A stretch of 64,000 nucleotides of DNA from Rhodocyclaceae bacterium. GTDB taxonomy: Bacteria > Pseudomonadota > Gammaproteobacteria > Burkholderiales > Rhodocyclaceae. A program made the translations under genes and the position numbers. The notes below the pieces were generated by a model that did no database searches, was not told the DNA's origin, and saw nothing but the letters and a program-made list of their open reading frames with translations. Shown piece by piece: positions 1 through 9,262 of this stretch (position 1 is the first letter of the stretch; the number at the start of each line of letters is the position of its first letter). Location: NCBI GenBank assembly GCA_029982755.1, contig JARRBR010000001.1, positions 17,093 through 81,092 of the forward strand, read 5' to 3'.

Positions 1-517
1 TGTAGATCTGGCACTCGTCGGCCTTCAGCGCCGCGGCCAGCGCCACGCCGGTGGTGTCCGAACCGCCGCGGCCGAGCGTGGTGATGTTGCCGTGTTCATC
101 CACACCCTGGAAGCCGGCGACGACGACGACCTTGCCTTCATCGAGATCCTTGCGCATCGGCGCTTCGTCGATGTTGAGGATGCGCGCCTTGGTGTGCAGG
201 GAGTCGGTCAGGATCTTGACCTGAGCGCCGGTGTAGCTCTTGGCCGGCACGCCGATGTCCTCGAGCGCCATGCACAGCAGGCCGATGGTGACCTGCTCGC
301 CGGTCGACACGACGACGTCGAGTTCGCGCGGGCTGGGGTTGGCCGCAACCTCCTTCGTCAGCGCGATCAGGCGGTTGGTCTCGCCGCTCATCGCCGACAC
401 CACGACCACCACCTGATGGCCCGCCGCGCGGAACTTCGCGACCTTGCGCGCGACGTTCTTGATGCGATCGGGGCTACCCACCGAGGTGCCGCCGTACTTC
501 TGAACTATCAGTGCCAT
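1..517 (-). CDS. lysC: Aspartate kinase, N-terminal part (runs off the window start)
   Basis: Read manually on the minus strand from ATG at 517: [23 protein letters not shown]...[14 protein letters not shown]...VAGFQG...[11 protein letters not shown], which are aspartokinase motifs. Not in the ORF track because it is truncated. Confidence 0.95.
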   Translation of the reverse strand, partial: MALIVQKYGGTSVGSPDRIKNVARKVAKFRAAGHQVVVVVSAMSGETNRLIALTKEVAANPSPRELDVVVSTGEQVTIGLLCMALEDIGVPAKSYTGAQVKILTDSLHTKARILNIDEAPMRKDLDEGKVVVVAGFQGVDEHGNITTLGRGGSDTTGVALAAALKADECQIY

Positions 518-697
518 TGTCGTATCCAAGTGCTAGTGGATAAAGCTCATGATTCTATCCAAAGGCTGGACTTTTTGCGCGCTTGGAACGGGGCTTCATA
601 GGTCGAAACACGGCGATAGCGATTTTCGTTAAAATTTGACGGATTTGTTAAACTCAATACTGTATGTTGAAGGAATAGTAATCTATACTTCATTTGT

Positions 698-717
698 CCT
701 ATGACTTAGGTCATAGG
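698..717. promoter_or_regulatory. Palindrome CCTATGAC-ttag-GTCATAGG, candidate operator
   Basis: Perfect 8-bp inverted repeat in the AT-rich intergenic region upstream of the HTH gene at 792. Confidence 0.5.
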
Positions 718-791
718 TAAAAATCAATGCGGTTCGGGACCTCTGCTCGCCGATAGACCGGCAGGTTCCGTCAGACGATGAGGACATTTCG

Positions 792-1085
792 ATGAAAGCC
801 ACCGAAAAGCTGGATGTACGTGAGATCCGCCGCAAGCTGGGACTGAACCAGTCGCAGTTCTGGTCCAAGATCGGCGTGACCCAAAGCGGCGGTTCGCGCT
901 ACGAGAGCGGACGCAACATTCCGCGTCCCGTGCAGGCGCTGCTCCGCCTGGTGCATGTCGAGCAGATCGACATCAACAAGGTCAAGCGCGACGACGTTGA
1001 TGTGGCCGAGTACCTTAAGGCCACCAACCCGGAGCTCTACAAGACGCTGAAGAAGGAGGCCCGCGCCAAGCGCAAGGAGCGCTGA
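792..1085 (+). CDS. Small XRE/Cro-type HTH transcriptional regulator, RsaL-like
   Basis: 97 aa. NQSQFWSKIGVTQSGGSRYESG resembles the HTH of P. aeruginosa RsaL (QETFWSRFGISQSCGSRFENG, from memory). GAGGA RBS upstream. Confidence 0.8.
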   Translation: MKATEKLDVREIRRKLGLNQSQFWSKIGVTQSGGSRYESGRNIPRPVQALLRLVHVEQIDINKVKRDDVDVAEYLKATNPELYKTLKKEARAKRKER

Positions 1086-1102
1086 GCGCATGGCGCGCAC
1101 GA

Positions 1103-2008
1103 TCAAGGGCTGACGCGTACCGTCAGCCCTTTTTTTCGCATGCGCGCGGCGATCGCCTCGAGCTCGTCGGCGGTGAGCGGCGTCAGCCGGACCGCCTCGG
1201 GCTGCATCGACGGGCGGGCGATGCCGTACAGCAGCACGCCCTGCAGCGCGCCGATACCGGCCGACTCCAGCAGCCCGAGATAGGCGTCGAGCTCGGCCGC
1301 CGACGGCGCCTCGCCGTCCCAGCGGAACATGCAGGTCTGCACCCAGGTCGGGCACAGCTGCGCGCAACGCGCCAGATTGCGCGCGACCGCACCGGGCTCC
1401 AGGCGCACCCCGTTGATGCGCTCGATCGCCTCGGCGGTGCCCGCATCGACCTTGAACCACACCTCGCCGCCCGCCTCGCCCAGCAGTCGCACCCCGTCCT
1501 GCACCCGCGCCTGCGTCATCAGGCTGCCGTTGGTGATCAGGCGCAGCGGCACGGCGGCCGACGACAGGCCGAACTCCTGCCGCAGGCGCGCGACCAGCGC
1601 CACCGCCTCGGGAAAGACGCTCGCGCTGGTCGGCTCGCCATTGCCCGAGAACGCGATGTCGCGGATCACGCGCAGGCCGTCCGGCACGAAGCGCGCCATC
1701 CAGTCGCCATGGATGAGGTCGCCGAGAAAGCCGCGCAGCTCGTCCTCGAGTCGCGCGAGATCGATCTCCGGCGCCTTGCCGCGCACGAGACCCGGCACCT
1801 GGCAATACGCGCAGTGCCAGTTGCAGGCGTTGTTGGGATTGAGGTTGATGCCCACCGACACGCCGCCGGCGCGCCGCGACAGCACCGGATAGACGTAGGT
1901 CAGCCCGGCGAGGTCGCGGTCGTGGTTGCGGATGGTCAGCGCTGCAGGCTGCGCCACGGCCCCGCCGGCAGCACGTTCAACAGAAGAATTCATCGTTTGC
2001 TCAGACAC
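1103..2008 (-). CDS. Radical SAM protein (COG0731/Tyw1-like family); start may be ATG at 1993
   Basis: CNWHCAYC (CxxxCxxC) cluster motif, plus FSGNGEPT and LITNGS. Confidence 0.85.
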   Translation of the reverse strand: MSEQTMNSSVERAAGGAVAQPAALTIRNHDRDLAGLTYVYPVLSRRAGGVSVGINLNPNNACNWHCAYCQVPGLVRGKAPEIDLARLEDELRGFLGDLIHGDWMARFVPDGLRVIRDIAFSGNGEPTSASVFPEAVALVARLRQEFGLSSAAVPLRLITNGSLMTQARVQDGVRLLGEAGGEVWFKVDAGTAEAIERINGVRLEPGAVARNLARCAQLCPTWVQTCMFRWDGEAPSAAELDAYLGLLESAGIGALQGVLLYGIARPSMQPEAVRLTPLTADELEAIAARMRKKGLTVRVSP

Positions 2009-2045
2009 TTGCGGAATTCACCGAGACGGCCGACGGGCCTGCCGG

Positions 2046-2054
2046 TGCTATAAT
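2046..2054 (+). promoter_or_regulatory. Extended -10 element (TGcTATAAT) for queD
   Basis: TGCTATAAT about 27 nt upstream of the queD ATG. Confidence 0.55.
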
Positions 2055-2080
2055 CCGCGACCATTTCAGAGAGAGCTTCC

Positions 2081-2524
2081 ATGCGCATCACCCGCCGCCT
2101 CGAATTCGACGCCGGTCACCGGATCCCCGATCATGCCAGCCAGTGCCGCCACCTGCACGGCCACCGCTACGCCATCGAGGTCACGCTGTCGGGCGAGATC
2201 ATCAAGGCCGACGGGCTGCCGGTCAATGGCATGGTGATGGATTTCGCCGACGTCAAGCGCATCGCCAACGAGCTGGTGGTCAGCCAGTGGGACCATGCCT
2301 TCCTGGTCTATCGCGGCGACACGCTGGTGGCCGACTTCCTCGCCAGCGTGCCGGGACACAAGACCGTGGTGCTCGACCTGGTGCCCACCGCCGAGAACCT
2401 CGCGGCCGAAGCCTTCCGCATCCTTGATCCGGCCTACCGCGACAGCTACGGCAACCACCTGCGCCTCGAGCGCGTACGCCTGTACGAGACCCCCAACTGC
2501 TGGGCGGACGCGGTCCGCGCCTGA
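2081..2524 (+). CDS. queD: 6-carboxy-5,6,7,8-tetrahydropterin synthase
   Basis: FDAGHR, CRHLHGHRY, DFADVK, WDHAFL, PTAENLA and LYETP motifs. Confidence 0.92.
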   Translation: MRITRRLEFDAGHRIPDHASQCRHLHGHRYAIEVTLSGEIIKADGLPVNGMVMDFADVKRIANELVVSQWDHAFLVYRGDTLVADFLASVPGHKTVVLDLVPTAENLAAEAFRILDPAYRDSYGNHLRLERVRLYETPNCWADAVRA

Positions 2525-2578
2525 GCGAAATTCAGCCGCCACCGCGGCCCCGCCGGCCGCCGGCAACGAACGGCCGGC

Positions 2579-3211
2579 TCAGCGCTCGTGCGCCGGCCAG
2601 GCCGGGAGCTTCCAGCCGAAGGCCACCGCCAGCAGGCGCGAAGCCGTGGCGGTGCAGATGCCGGCGGTCATCGAAACCGGCGCCGCGAAGCCCAAGGCGT
2701 GGGCGCCGAGGAGGACGGCGCAACCGACCACCGCGCACAGCGTGTAGGGACGATGGTCGCGGTAGACCTTCGGAATCTGGTTGCACAGCACGTCGCGCGA
2801 CACACCGCCGAACACCGCCGTGATCGCCCCCATCAGGATCGCCACCAGTGGCGGCATCCCGGCGGCCGTCGCGATCGATGCGCCGGAAATCGCGAACAGC
2901 CCCAGGCCGAAGGCGTCGGCGACCTCCATCACCTTCTCCGTAAGCTGATACTGAAAGGTCTTCAGCCACAGCGGCGCGGTCAAGGCCAGCGCGAGCACGA
3001 GCCACACGTACTCCTGGTTCTGGATCCAGAACAGCGGCCGGCGGTCGAGCAGCACGTCGCGTACCGTGCCGCCGCCAAAGGCGCTGACGAAGGCCACCGA
3101 GAACACGCCGACGAAGTCCATGCGTTTGCGCATCGCCTCGATCAGGCCCGACATCGCGAAGGCGAGGGTTCCACCGACTTCGATCACCAGCAGGATCGTT
3201 TCAAACTTCAT
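2579..3211 (-). CDS. UPF0126 / trimeric intracellular cation channel (TRIC) family membrane protein
   Basis: Duplicated motifs AFAMSG...AFGGGTVRDVLL and DAFGLGLF...VFGGVSRDVL. Start at MKFETILL. Confidence 0.85.
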   Translation of the reverse strand: MKFETILLVIEVGGTLAFAMSGLIEAMRKRMDFVGVFSVAFVSAFGGGTVRDVLLDRRPLFWIQNQEYVWLVLALALTAPLWLKTFQYQLTEKVMEVADAFGLGLFAISGASIATAAGMPPLVAILMGAITAVFGGVSRDVLCNQIPKVYRDHRPYTLCAVVGCAVLLGAHALGFAAPVSMTAGICTATASRLLAVAFGWKLPAWPAHER

Positions 3212-3360
3212 CTGTTCAGCACCAGTAATTCGATCGCGCCGCCCGTCGACGCGGATTGCAGCAGCCATTGGATGGCGACGGTGCGCATCCAGCGGGACGT
3301 ATACGTGAAAAAACGGCACGCCCCACTACGCGAGGCGTGCCGCCCGTCCTTATACAGGAC

Positions 3361-4516
3361 TTACTTCAGGAAGTGCTGGGCCACGGCAACCCAGTAGGCC
3401 GCCCCGATGGGCAGGTTGCGGTCATCGAAGTCATACATCGGGTGATGCACCATCGGCGTGTCGCCATTGCCGATGAAGCAGTAGGTGCCCGGCTTCTGCT
3501 GCGCGAAATAGGCGAAGTCCTCGCTGCCCATGAAGGTGGGTCCGGGCATCACCACCTGGTCTTCACCGAGCAGCGCGCGCGACATCCGCGCATTCGACGG
3601 TCTGATCGGGCGCGTTGACCAGCACTGCCCCGGGCGCGCCTTCGCGAATCTCGTAGCTCACCCCGAAGGACAGGGCCTGGGCCGCGGTGATCGCCTTGAC
3701 CTTTTCCAGCACCATCTGGCGCGTCTCGGGCGAGCGGTTGCGGATGCTCAGGCGCAGCGTTGCGCTCTGCGGAATCACGTTGCCGGCGTCACCGGCGAGG
3801 AAGGCCCCGACCGACACCACCGCGGCGTCCTGCGGGCCGACGTTGCGCGACACGATCGTCTGCAGCGCCATCACCAGCGACGCGCCCGCCACCACGGGGT
3901 CGATGCTCTTCTCGGGCATCGAGCCATGGCTGCCCTTGCCGGTCAGCATGATCTCCCAGTTATCCACCGCCGCCATGATCGGGCCCGTGGTGAAATACAG
4001 CTTGCCGCGCTCGAGCGAAGGCATGTTGTGCATGCCGAACACCGCATCCATCGGGAAGCGCTCGAACAGTCCATCCTTGATCATCGCAACCGCACCACCC
4101 ATGATCTCCTCGGCCGGCTGGAAGATCAGGTTGACCGTGCCGTTGAAGGCCCGAGTGCGCGCAAGGTACTGGGCTGCGCCGAGCAGCATCGCGCTGTGGC
4201 CGTCGTGCCCGCAGGTGTGCGACTTGCCTTCGATGGTGCTCTTGTGATCGCCTTCGATCATCTCCTGCACGGCCAGCGCATCAGTGTCGGCGCGCAGGCC
4301 GATCGACTTCGTGCCGTCGCCGCAACGCATGCGGGCGACAAGGCCCGTCTTGCCGATGCCTTCGGTGACTTCGTAGCCCCACTCGCGCAGCAGGCCGGCG
4401 ATGCAGCGGGCGGTCTGGTGCTCGTCGAAAGCGACCTCCGGGTGGCGGTGCAGGTGATGCCGCCAGGCCTTCATCTGTTCCTGATCGGCCGACAGTGCTT
4501 GCAATAGCGTGTCCAT
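3361..4516 (-). pseudogene. M20D amidohydrolase (hippuricase/aminoacylase-like), frameshifted near 3575
   Basis: HRHPE, LRADTDAL, HTCGHDGH and FQPAEE lie in one frame; the C-terminal MGSEDFAY...HHPMYDFDD lies in another. The junction is in a (GC)n run. Confidence 0.8.
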
Positions 4517-4655
4517 GGTGACTCCTGATCGAAATCTGAAACGGTGTGATGGGATGCCCGGGCGCTGCGGGCTGGGCATGCTCGGCCCGGGCAGGTGTCG
4601 CGAGGGGGGCGGACGCGCCGCGGCGTGGCGCCGGCGGCCTGCGCCCGCCAGGGCC

Positions 4656-6125
4656 TTACTGGACCTTCTTCGGGCCGGTCTTGGGGACGGTGAGCATGAT
4701 CGACATGATCGCCACCACCACCATGAAGACGTTGAACATCAGGGCGATGATCGCGGCCTCACGCACGGCGAGGTTGTCCTGGCGGCCGGCGAAGGTGATC
4801 ACGCCTTCGAGCCAGGCGACGCTCTCGGGGCTGGCGCTGAGCGCGGTGAAGATCGCCGCCGAGATCGCCACGCCGAAGGCGGCGCCGAGCGAGGAAGCCA
4901 TCTTGTAGATGCCCGAACCCGAACCCGCCTGGGCGGCCGGCAGGCTGGACAGGGCCGCATCGGTGGAGGGCGTGGCGTAGAAGGCGAGACCGACGCCGAA
5001 CAGGGCGTAGCCGATCATGGCCATGATCTTGTAGTCGGCGAGCAGCATGTTGGCCGGCGACAGCAGCAGGATCGACAGACCGGTGATGAGGCAGCCCCAG
5101 ATCATCGGCTTGCGCGGGCCGAAGCGCTGCAGCAGCTTCTCGCCGACACGGATGAAGGCAATGATCGCGACCGCGTAGCCGAGGGTCAGCGTGCCGGCTT
5201 CCTGGGCGCTCATGTCGCCGCCGAGTTGAACCAGTTGCAGCGACACCAGCAGCGTGCCGGCAACGCCGTTGAGCAGGAAGTTGGAGATCGTGGCGCCGGT
5301 GTAGGTCGGGTTGCGGAACAGCTTGAAATCGACGAACGGCTGGCTGAAGGTGTTCTCGATGCGGAAGAAGAGCGAACCGAAGACGATCACCGCCGCAATC
5401 AGACTCAGGATCAGCGGGCTGGTCCAGCCCATCTTGTTGCCTTGGGTGACGACGATCTGCAGGGCCACCATGGCAACCAGGAAAGTGAGCACACCGGCGA
5501 GGTCGAACTTGTACGAGCCCTTGGTTTCCGCCTTGCTTTCCGGGGTCCCCTTCATCATCAGCAGGCCGATGATGGCGACCACGATCGAGGCGAAGAAGAT
5601 GTAGCGCCAGCCGATGTTGTCGGCCACCAGGCCGCCGAACAGCGAGCACACGCCCGAACCGCCCCAGGAGCCGATCGACCACAGGCTGACCGCGCGCTGA
5701 CGCGCCGGACCGTCCCAGTACGCCTTAACGAGCGCCAGGCTGGCGGGCATGATGCACGCCGCCGACACGCCCTGCAGCGCGCGTCAGACCAGCAGGAAGC
5801 CCGTTGCCATGCTGCCGGTGGGGGCGATGGCGATCAGCAGCGAGCCGATGATGCTGAGGTAGAAGCCGATCTGCACGGTCTTGACGCGGCCGATGCGGTC
5901 GGCGAGGCCGCCGATGACGACGATGAAGATGCCGGAGAACAGCGCCGTGATGGCCACCGCGATGTTCATCATGCTTGCATCGAGACCGAGGTCCTTCTGC
6001 ATGGCCGGCGCGATGTTGAGGGTCGTCTGCGCGAACAGCCAGAACGTGATGACCCCGAGGATGATTCCGTACAGTAGCTTGTCGTTACCTTGATACGTTG
6101 TAGGTGTACCCGCAATCGCTGTCAT
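4656..6125 (-). pseudogene. DHA2-type MFS transporter (NorB-like) interrupted by an in-frame TGA at 5784-5786
   Basis: The two ORFs are in the same frame: ...GFLLV*RALQGVSAACIMP. The stop replaces the Gly of the MFS GRxxQG motif. The N-terminus ITFWLFAQ...GGLADRIGR is NorB-like. Confidence 0.8.
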
Positions 6126-6347
6126 GGTGGTCTCCTAAAGGCAGCGGATTGATCGATGTCTGCGGTGCCATCCTAGACAATCCCTTACAAAACATAAGGC
6201 ATTCCGTTTTCCGCGGTGACCACCACCTGGAATCGCCCCGAATCACTTATGGACGCCTACTGAATCGTTTATTGGAGCGCTTGAAGGCGCGCGACGAAGG
6301 CGATACCTTCCGCGGGCGACAACATGAGGCCAAGGGCGGGCGACCCG

Positions 6348-7238
6348 ATGAAAGACCACCAACTGCGAGCACTCGTACACGTGGCGGAGAGCAGTTCGAT
6401 CCGTGCCGCCGCTCGCGCCATGAACCTGAGCCAGAGCGCCCTGACCAAGGCCCTGCGCGAGCTCGAGGACGACGTCGGCGCGCAGCTCCTGACCCGCAGC
6501 TACAAGGGCATTGAATTCACCCCCGCGGGCTCACTGCTGCTCAGCCACGCCCGGCTGGCCCTGTCGATCCTGGACAAGGCCGTGGAGGAAGTGCGCCTGC
6601 TGCACGGCGGGCCCGGCGCGCGGGTGGTGATCGCGGTGACGCCGATGGTGGGCGCGACCGTGCTGCCGCGGGTATTGCGCGAATACGAGGCACTGCAGCC
6701 GGAGACCGAGGTCCACCTGACCGAGGGGCTGCTGACGCAGGTGCTGCCCGACCTGATCGAGGGCCGGCTCGATTTCGCGATTGCCGTCGCTGACGCCACC
6801 GACCTGCCCTACGAGATCGTGTTCGAGCCCCTCGGGCCGGCGGAGGCGATCCTGGCCGCGCGCGAGGGCCATCCGCTCGCCGCGGCGACCACCTGGGCCG
6901 ACCTGAAGGATGCGAATTGGGTGATGAACCTGAGTCCCGGCAGCCTGGGCGGCGCGCTGCTGTCATGGCTGGGTGAGCAGGGCTTGCCCCCGCCCAGGCA
7001 CATGATCCGCTGCGCGTCGACGATGCTGATGCTCGAGCTGATGCAGCGCACCGACTGCATCGGCATCGGTCAGGAGCGCCTGTTCAAGGACAGGCTGGTC
7101 GGCCACGGCATCCAGTGCCTGAAGGTGGCACCGCTGCCGCCGCCAATGGACTTCGGGATCCTGCGCCTGCGCGGGGTGCCGCTTTCGGCCGCGGCGAAGC
7201 CCATGGCGACGCTGTTTGCGCGCTACCTATCGACCTGA
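6348..7238 (+). CDS. LysR-family transcriptional regulator
   Basis: N-terminal HTH SIRAAARAMNLSQSALTKALRELE; divergent from the MFS-amidohydrolase operon. Confidence 0.92.
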   Translation: MKDHQLRALVHVAESSSIRAAARAMNLSQSALTKALRELEDDVGAQLLTRSYKGIEFTPAGSLLLSHARLALSILDKAVEEVRLLHGGPGARVVIAVTPMVGATVLPRVLREYEALQPETEVHLTEGLLTQVLPDLIEGRLDFAIAVADATDLPYEIVFEPLGPAEAILAAREGHPLAAATTWADLKDANWVMNLSPGSLGGALLSWLGEQGLPPPRHMIRCASTMLMLELMQRTDCIGIGQERLFKDRLVGHGIQCLKVAPLPPPMDFGILRLRGVPLSAAAKPMATLFARYLST

Positions 7239-7310
7239 GCGTGCTTCCGGCCCGCAACGCGTGCGGCGCCAGGACTGCGGCGGCGCCCTGCCCCGCGCCG
7301 CCGATCGCAT

Positions 7311-8480
7311 TCACACCGCGTAGCGGCGCAGACTGAGAGAGAACTCCTGGAGCTGGCGGATGCCGCTCTGCTCGGCACGCGCGATCCAGTCCTGCAGCTG
7401 GGCGAGCAGCTGCTCGCGGCTGGCGTTCGAGCGCGCCCAGAGGGCGGTGAGTTCCTCGCGCATCGACAGCACGGTGGCGAGCGCCGGGCTCTCCTTCGCC
7501 ACCACCTCGAGCTGCTGCCGCTGCTCGTCCTTCAGGTTCCCGGCCTCACCCGACAGCACCCAGCGCCGCAAGGCACGCACATCGAGCGCCGGACCGTGCG
7601 CCGCCTTCAGCCGTCGCGCCTCCTCTGCGCACACCTGCCTGAGCGAGCGCACGTAGCGCGTCATCACGTCGTAGCGATGGGTGACGATCGCCTGCAGGGT
7701 GTCGAAGTCGGGCACCGCCTTGGCCTCGCCGAACTTCGGCTGCGGGATGGTCTTCTTGACCTTGGCCAGGCCGAGGATCTCGAGGATGCGGATGTACATC
7801 CAGCCGATGTCGAACTCGTACCACTTCGACGACAGCTTGGCGGAGGTCGCGAAGCTGTGGTGGTTGTTGTGCAGTTCCTCGCCGCCGATCAGGATGCCCC
7901 AGGGCGAGATGTTGCGCGAGGCATCGACGCAGTCGTAGTTGCGATAGCCCCAGTAGTGACCGACGCCATTGACGATGCCTGCCGCCCAGAACGGAATCCA
8001 CACCATCTGCACCGCCCATATCGTGAGGCCGAGCGCACCGAAGGCGATGACGTCGATCACCAGCATGATCGACACCCCGAGCACCGAATGGCGATAGACG
8101 TTGCGCTCGAGCCAGTCGTCGGGCGTGCCGTGGCCATAGCGCTGCAGGGTCTCCTGGTTCTTCGCCTCGGCGCGGTAGAGCTCGGCGCCCTCCCACAGCA
8201 CCTTGCGCAGGCCGCGCGTCTGCGGGCTGTGCGGGTCCTCCTCGGTCTCGCATTTGGCGTGGTGCTTGCGGTGGATCGCTGCCCACTCCTTGGTGACCAT
8301 GCCGGTGGTGAGCCACAGCCAGAAGCGGAAGAAGTGGCTGGGAATCGGATGCAGGTCGAGCGCGCGGTGCGCCTGATGGCGGTGCAGGAAGATCGTGACC
8401 GCGGCGATCGTGATGTGGGTGAGGACGAGGGCCACGACGACGTAGCCCCACCAGGGGAGATCGAACAACCCGTTGTACAT
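7311..8480 (-). CDS. desA: Delta-9 fatty acid (acyl-lipid) desaturase, DesA type
   Basis: His boxes HRHQAH, HRKHH and HNNHH; GEELHNNHH; EFDIGW. Confidence 0.85.
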   Translation of the reverse strand: MYNGLFDLPWWGYVVVALVLTHITIAAVTIFLHRHQAHRALDLHPIPSHFFRFWLWLTTGMVTKEWAAIHRKHHAKCETEEDPHSPQTRGLRKVLWEGAELYRAEAKNQETLQRYGHGTPDDWLERNVYRHSVLGVSIMLVIDVIAFGALGLTIWAVQMVWIPFWAAGIVNGVGHYWGYRNYDCVDASRNISPWGILIGGEELHNNHHSFATSAKLSSKWYEFDIGWMYIRILEILGLAKVKKTIPQPKFGEAKAVPDFDTLQAIVTHRYDVMTRYVRSLRQVCAEEARRLKAAHGPALDVRALRRWVLSGEAGNLKDEQRQQLEVVAKESPALATVLSMREELTALWARSNASREQLLAQLQDWIARAEQSGIRQLQEFSLSLRRYAV

Positions 8481-8650
8481 GCGGAAGAACATCCTTGATA
8501 AAAAACGGCCCGGTAATTCTACGCCAGCCGGCACGACGCCATGCGGCAGCCGCGCGACCAAGGCGGCGCACGCTGCCCCCCAGGGGCCGGAAGACAGACC
8601 CTGCTACGACTGCGCGCGGCGCCAGGCGTTCAACCCCGGAGCGATCGGCC

Positions 8651-9262
8651 TCAGGGCCGCCACGGCAGCGCGGCGACCGGCGTGGCCTCGGCGCGGTGGC
8701 GCTGCCAGTTGTCGCGGTAGGCACGCGCGAGCGCGCAGTGGTCGCGCACGATGAGCAGGTTCTCGGCGTTGCGGTTGTCCGCCGACCAGGTGAAGTTGTA
8801 CGAGCCGGTGAGCAGCGCGCAGCCCGGCCCCTCCGCATCGACGATCAGCACCTTGTTGTGGGCGGCGTTGTAGCGCGTCTCGAAGGCCACCGGCACGCCG
8901 CCGGCGAGCAGGCGCGGAATCGCGTTGCCCTTCTCGCGCCGGTTCATCTTCGCGTCGGCCAGCACCTCCACCTTCACCCCGCGCCGGTGCGCGGCGACCA
9001 TTGCGTCGGCGATGTTGCGGCTGGTGAACACGTAGGCGTGCACCTTCAGGCTCTTGCGGGCGCTGCGGATGAGGTCGACGATCACGTGCTCGGTGTCGTC
9101 GCGCGGCGCGAAGGCGACCTCGATCTCGCCCTGCGCCGCAAAGCGCTGACTCGCCGCCGCGGGCTGGGCGAGCGCGACCCCCATCACGAGCCACGCCGCG
9201 CCGAGCAGCATCCGCTGCCCCACCCGCCTCGCCGCGCACCGCAATGCAGTCGCCTCAGGCAC
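8651..9262 (-). CDS. Phospholipase D family protein with a single HKD motif (Nuc-like), probably exported
   Basis: HNKVLIVD...TGSYNFT...NAEN; hydrophobic signal-like N-terminus. Confidence 0.85.
   Translation of the reverse strand: MPEATALRCAARRVGQRMLLGAAWLVMGVALAQPAAASQRFAAQGEIEVAFAPRDDTEHVIVDLIRSARKSLKVHAYVFTSRNIADAMVAAHRRGVKVEVLADAKMNRREKGNAIPRLLAGGVPVAFETRYNAAHNKVLIVDAEGPGCALLTGSYNFTWSADNRNAENLLIVRDHCALARAYRDNWQRHRAEATPVAALPWRP

Noticed and set aside
2046-2060. GCTATAATCCGCG repeated before queD and trxB (similar before ribF)
   Set aside because: Explained as an ordinary sigma70 -10 element with a GC-rich discriminator, not a specific operator.
5760-5800. Selenocysteine or programmed readthrough at the MFS TGA
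   Set aside because: The position corresponds to a structural Gly rather than a catalytic Cys, I could not identify a SECIS-like element, and the neighbouring gene is also broken.
7311-7700. C-terminal helical extension of the desaturase as a possible transposase remnant
   Set aside because: Such an extension is a normal part of proteobacterial DesA-type proteins, and there are no IS ends or DDE motif.
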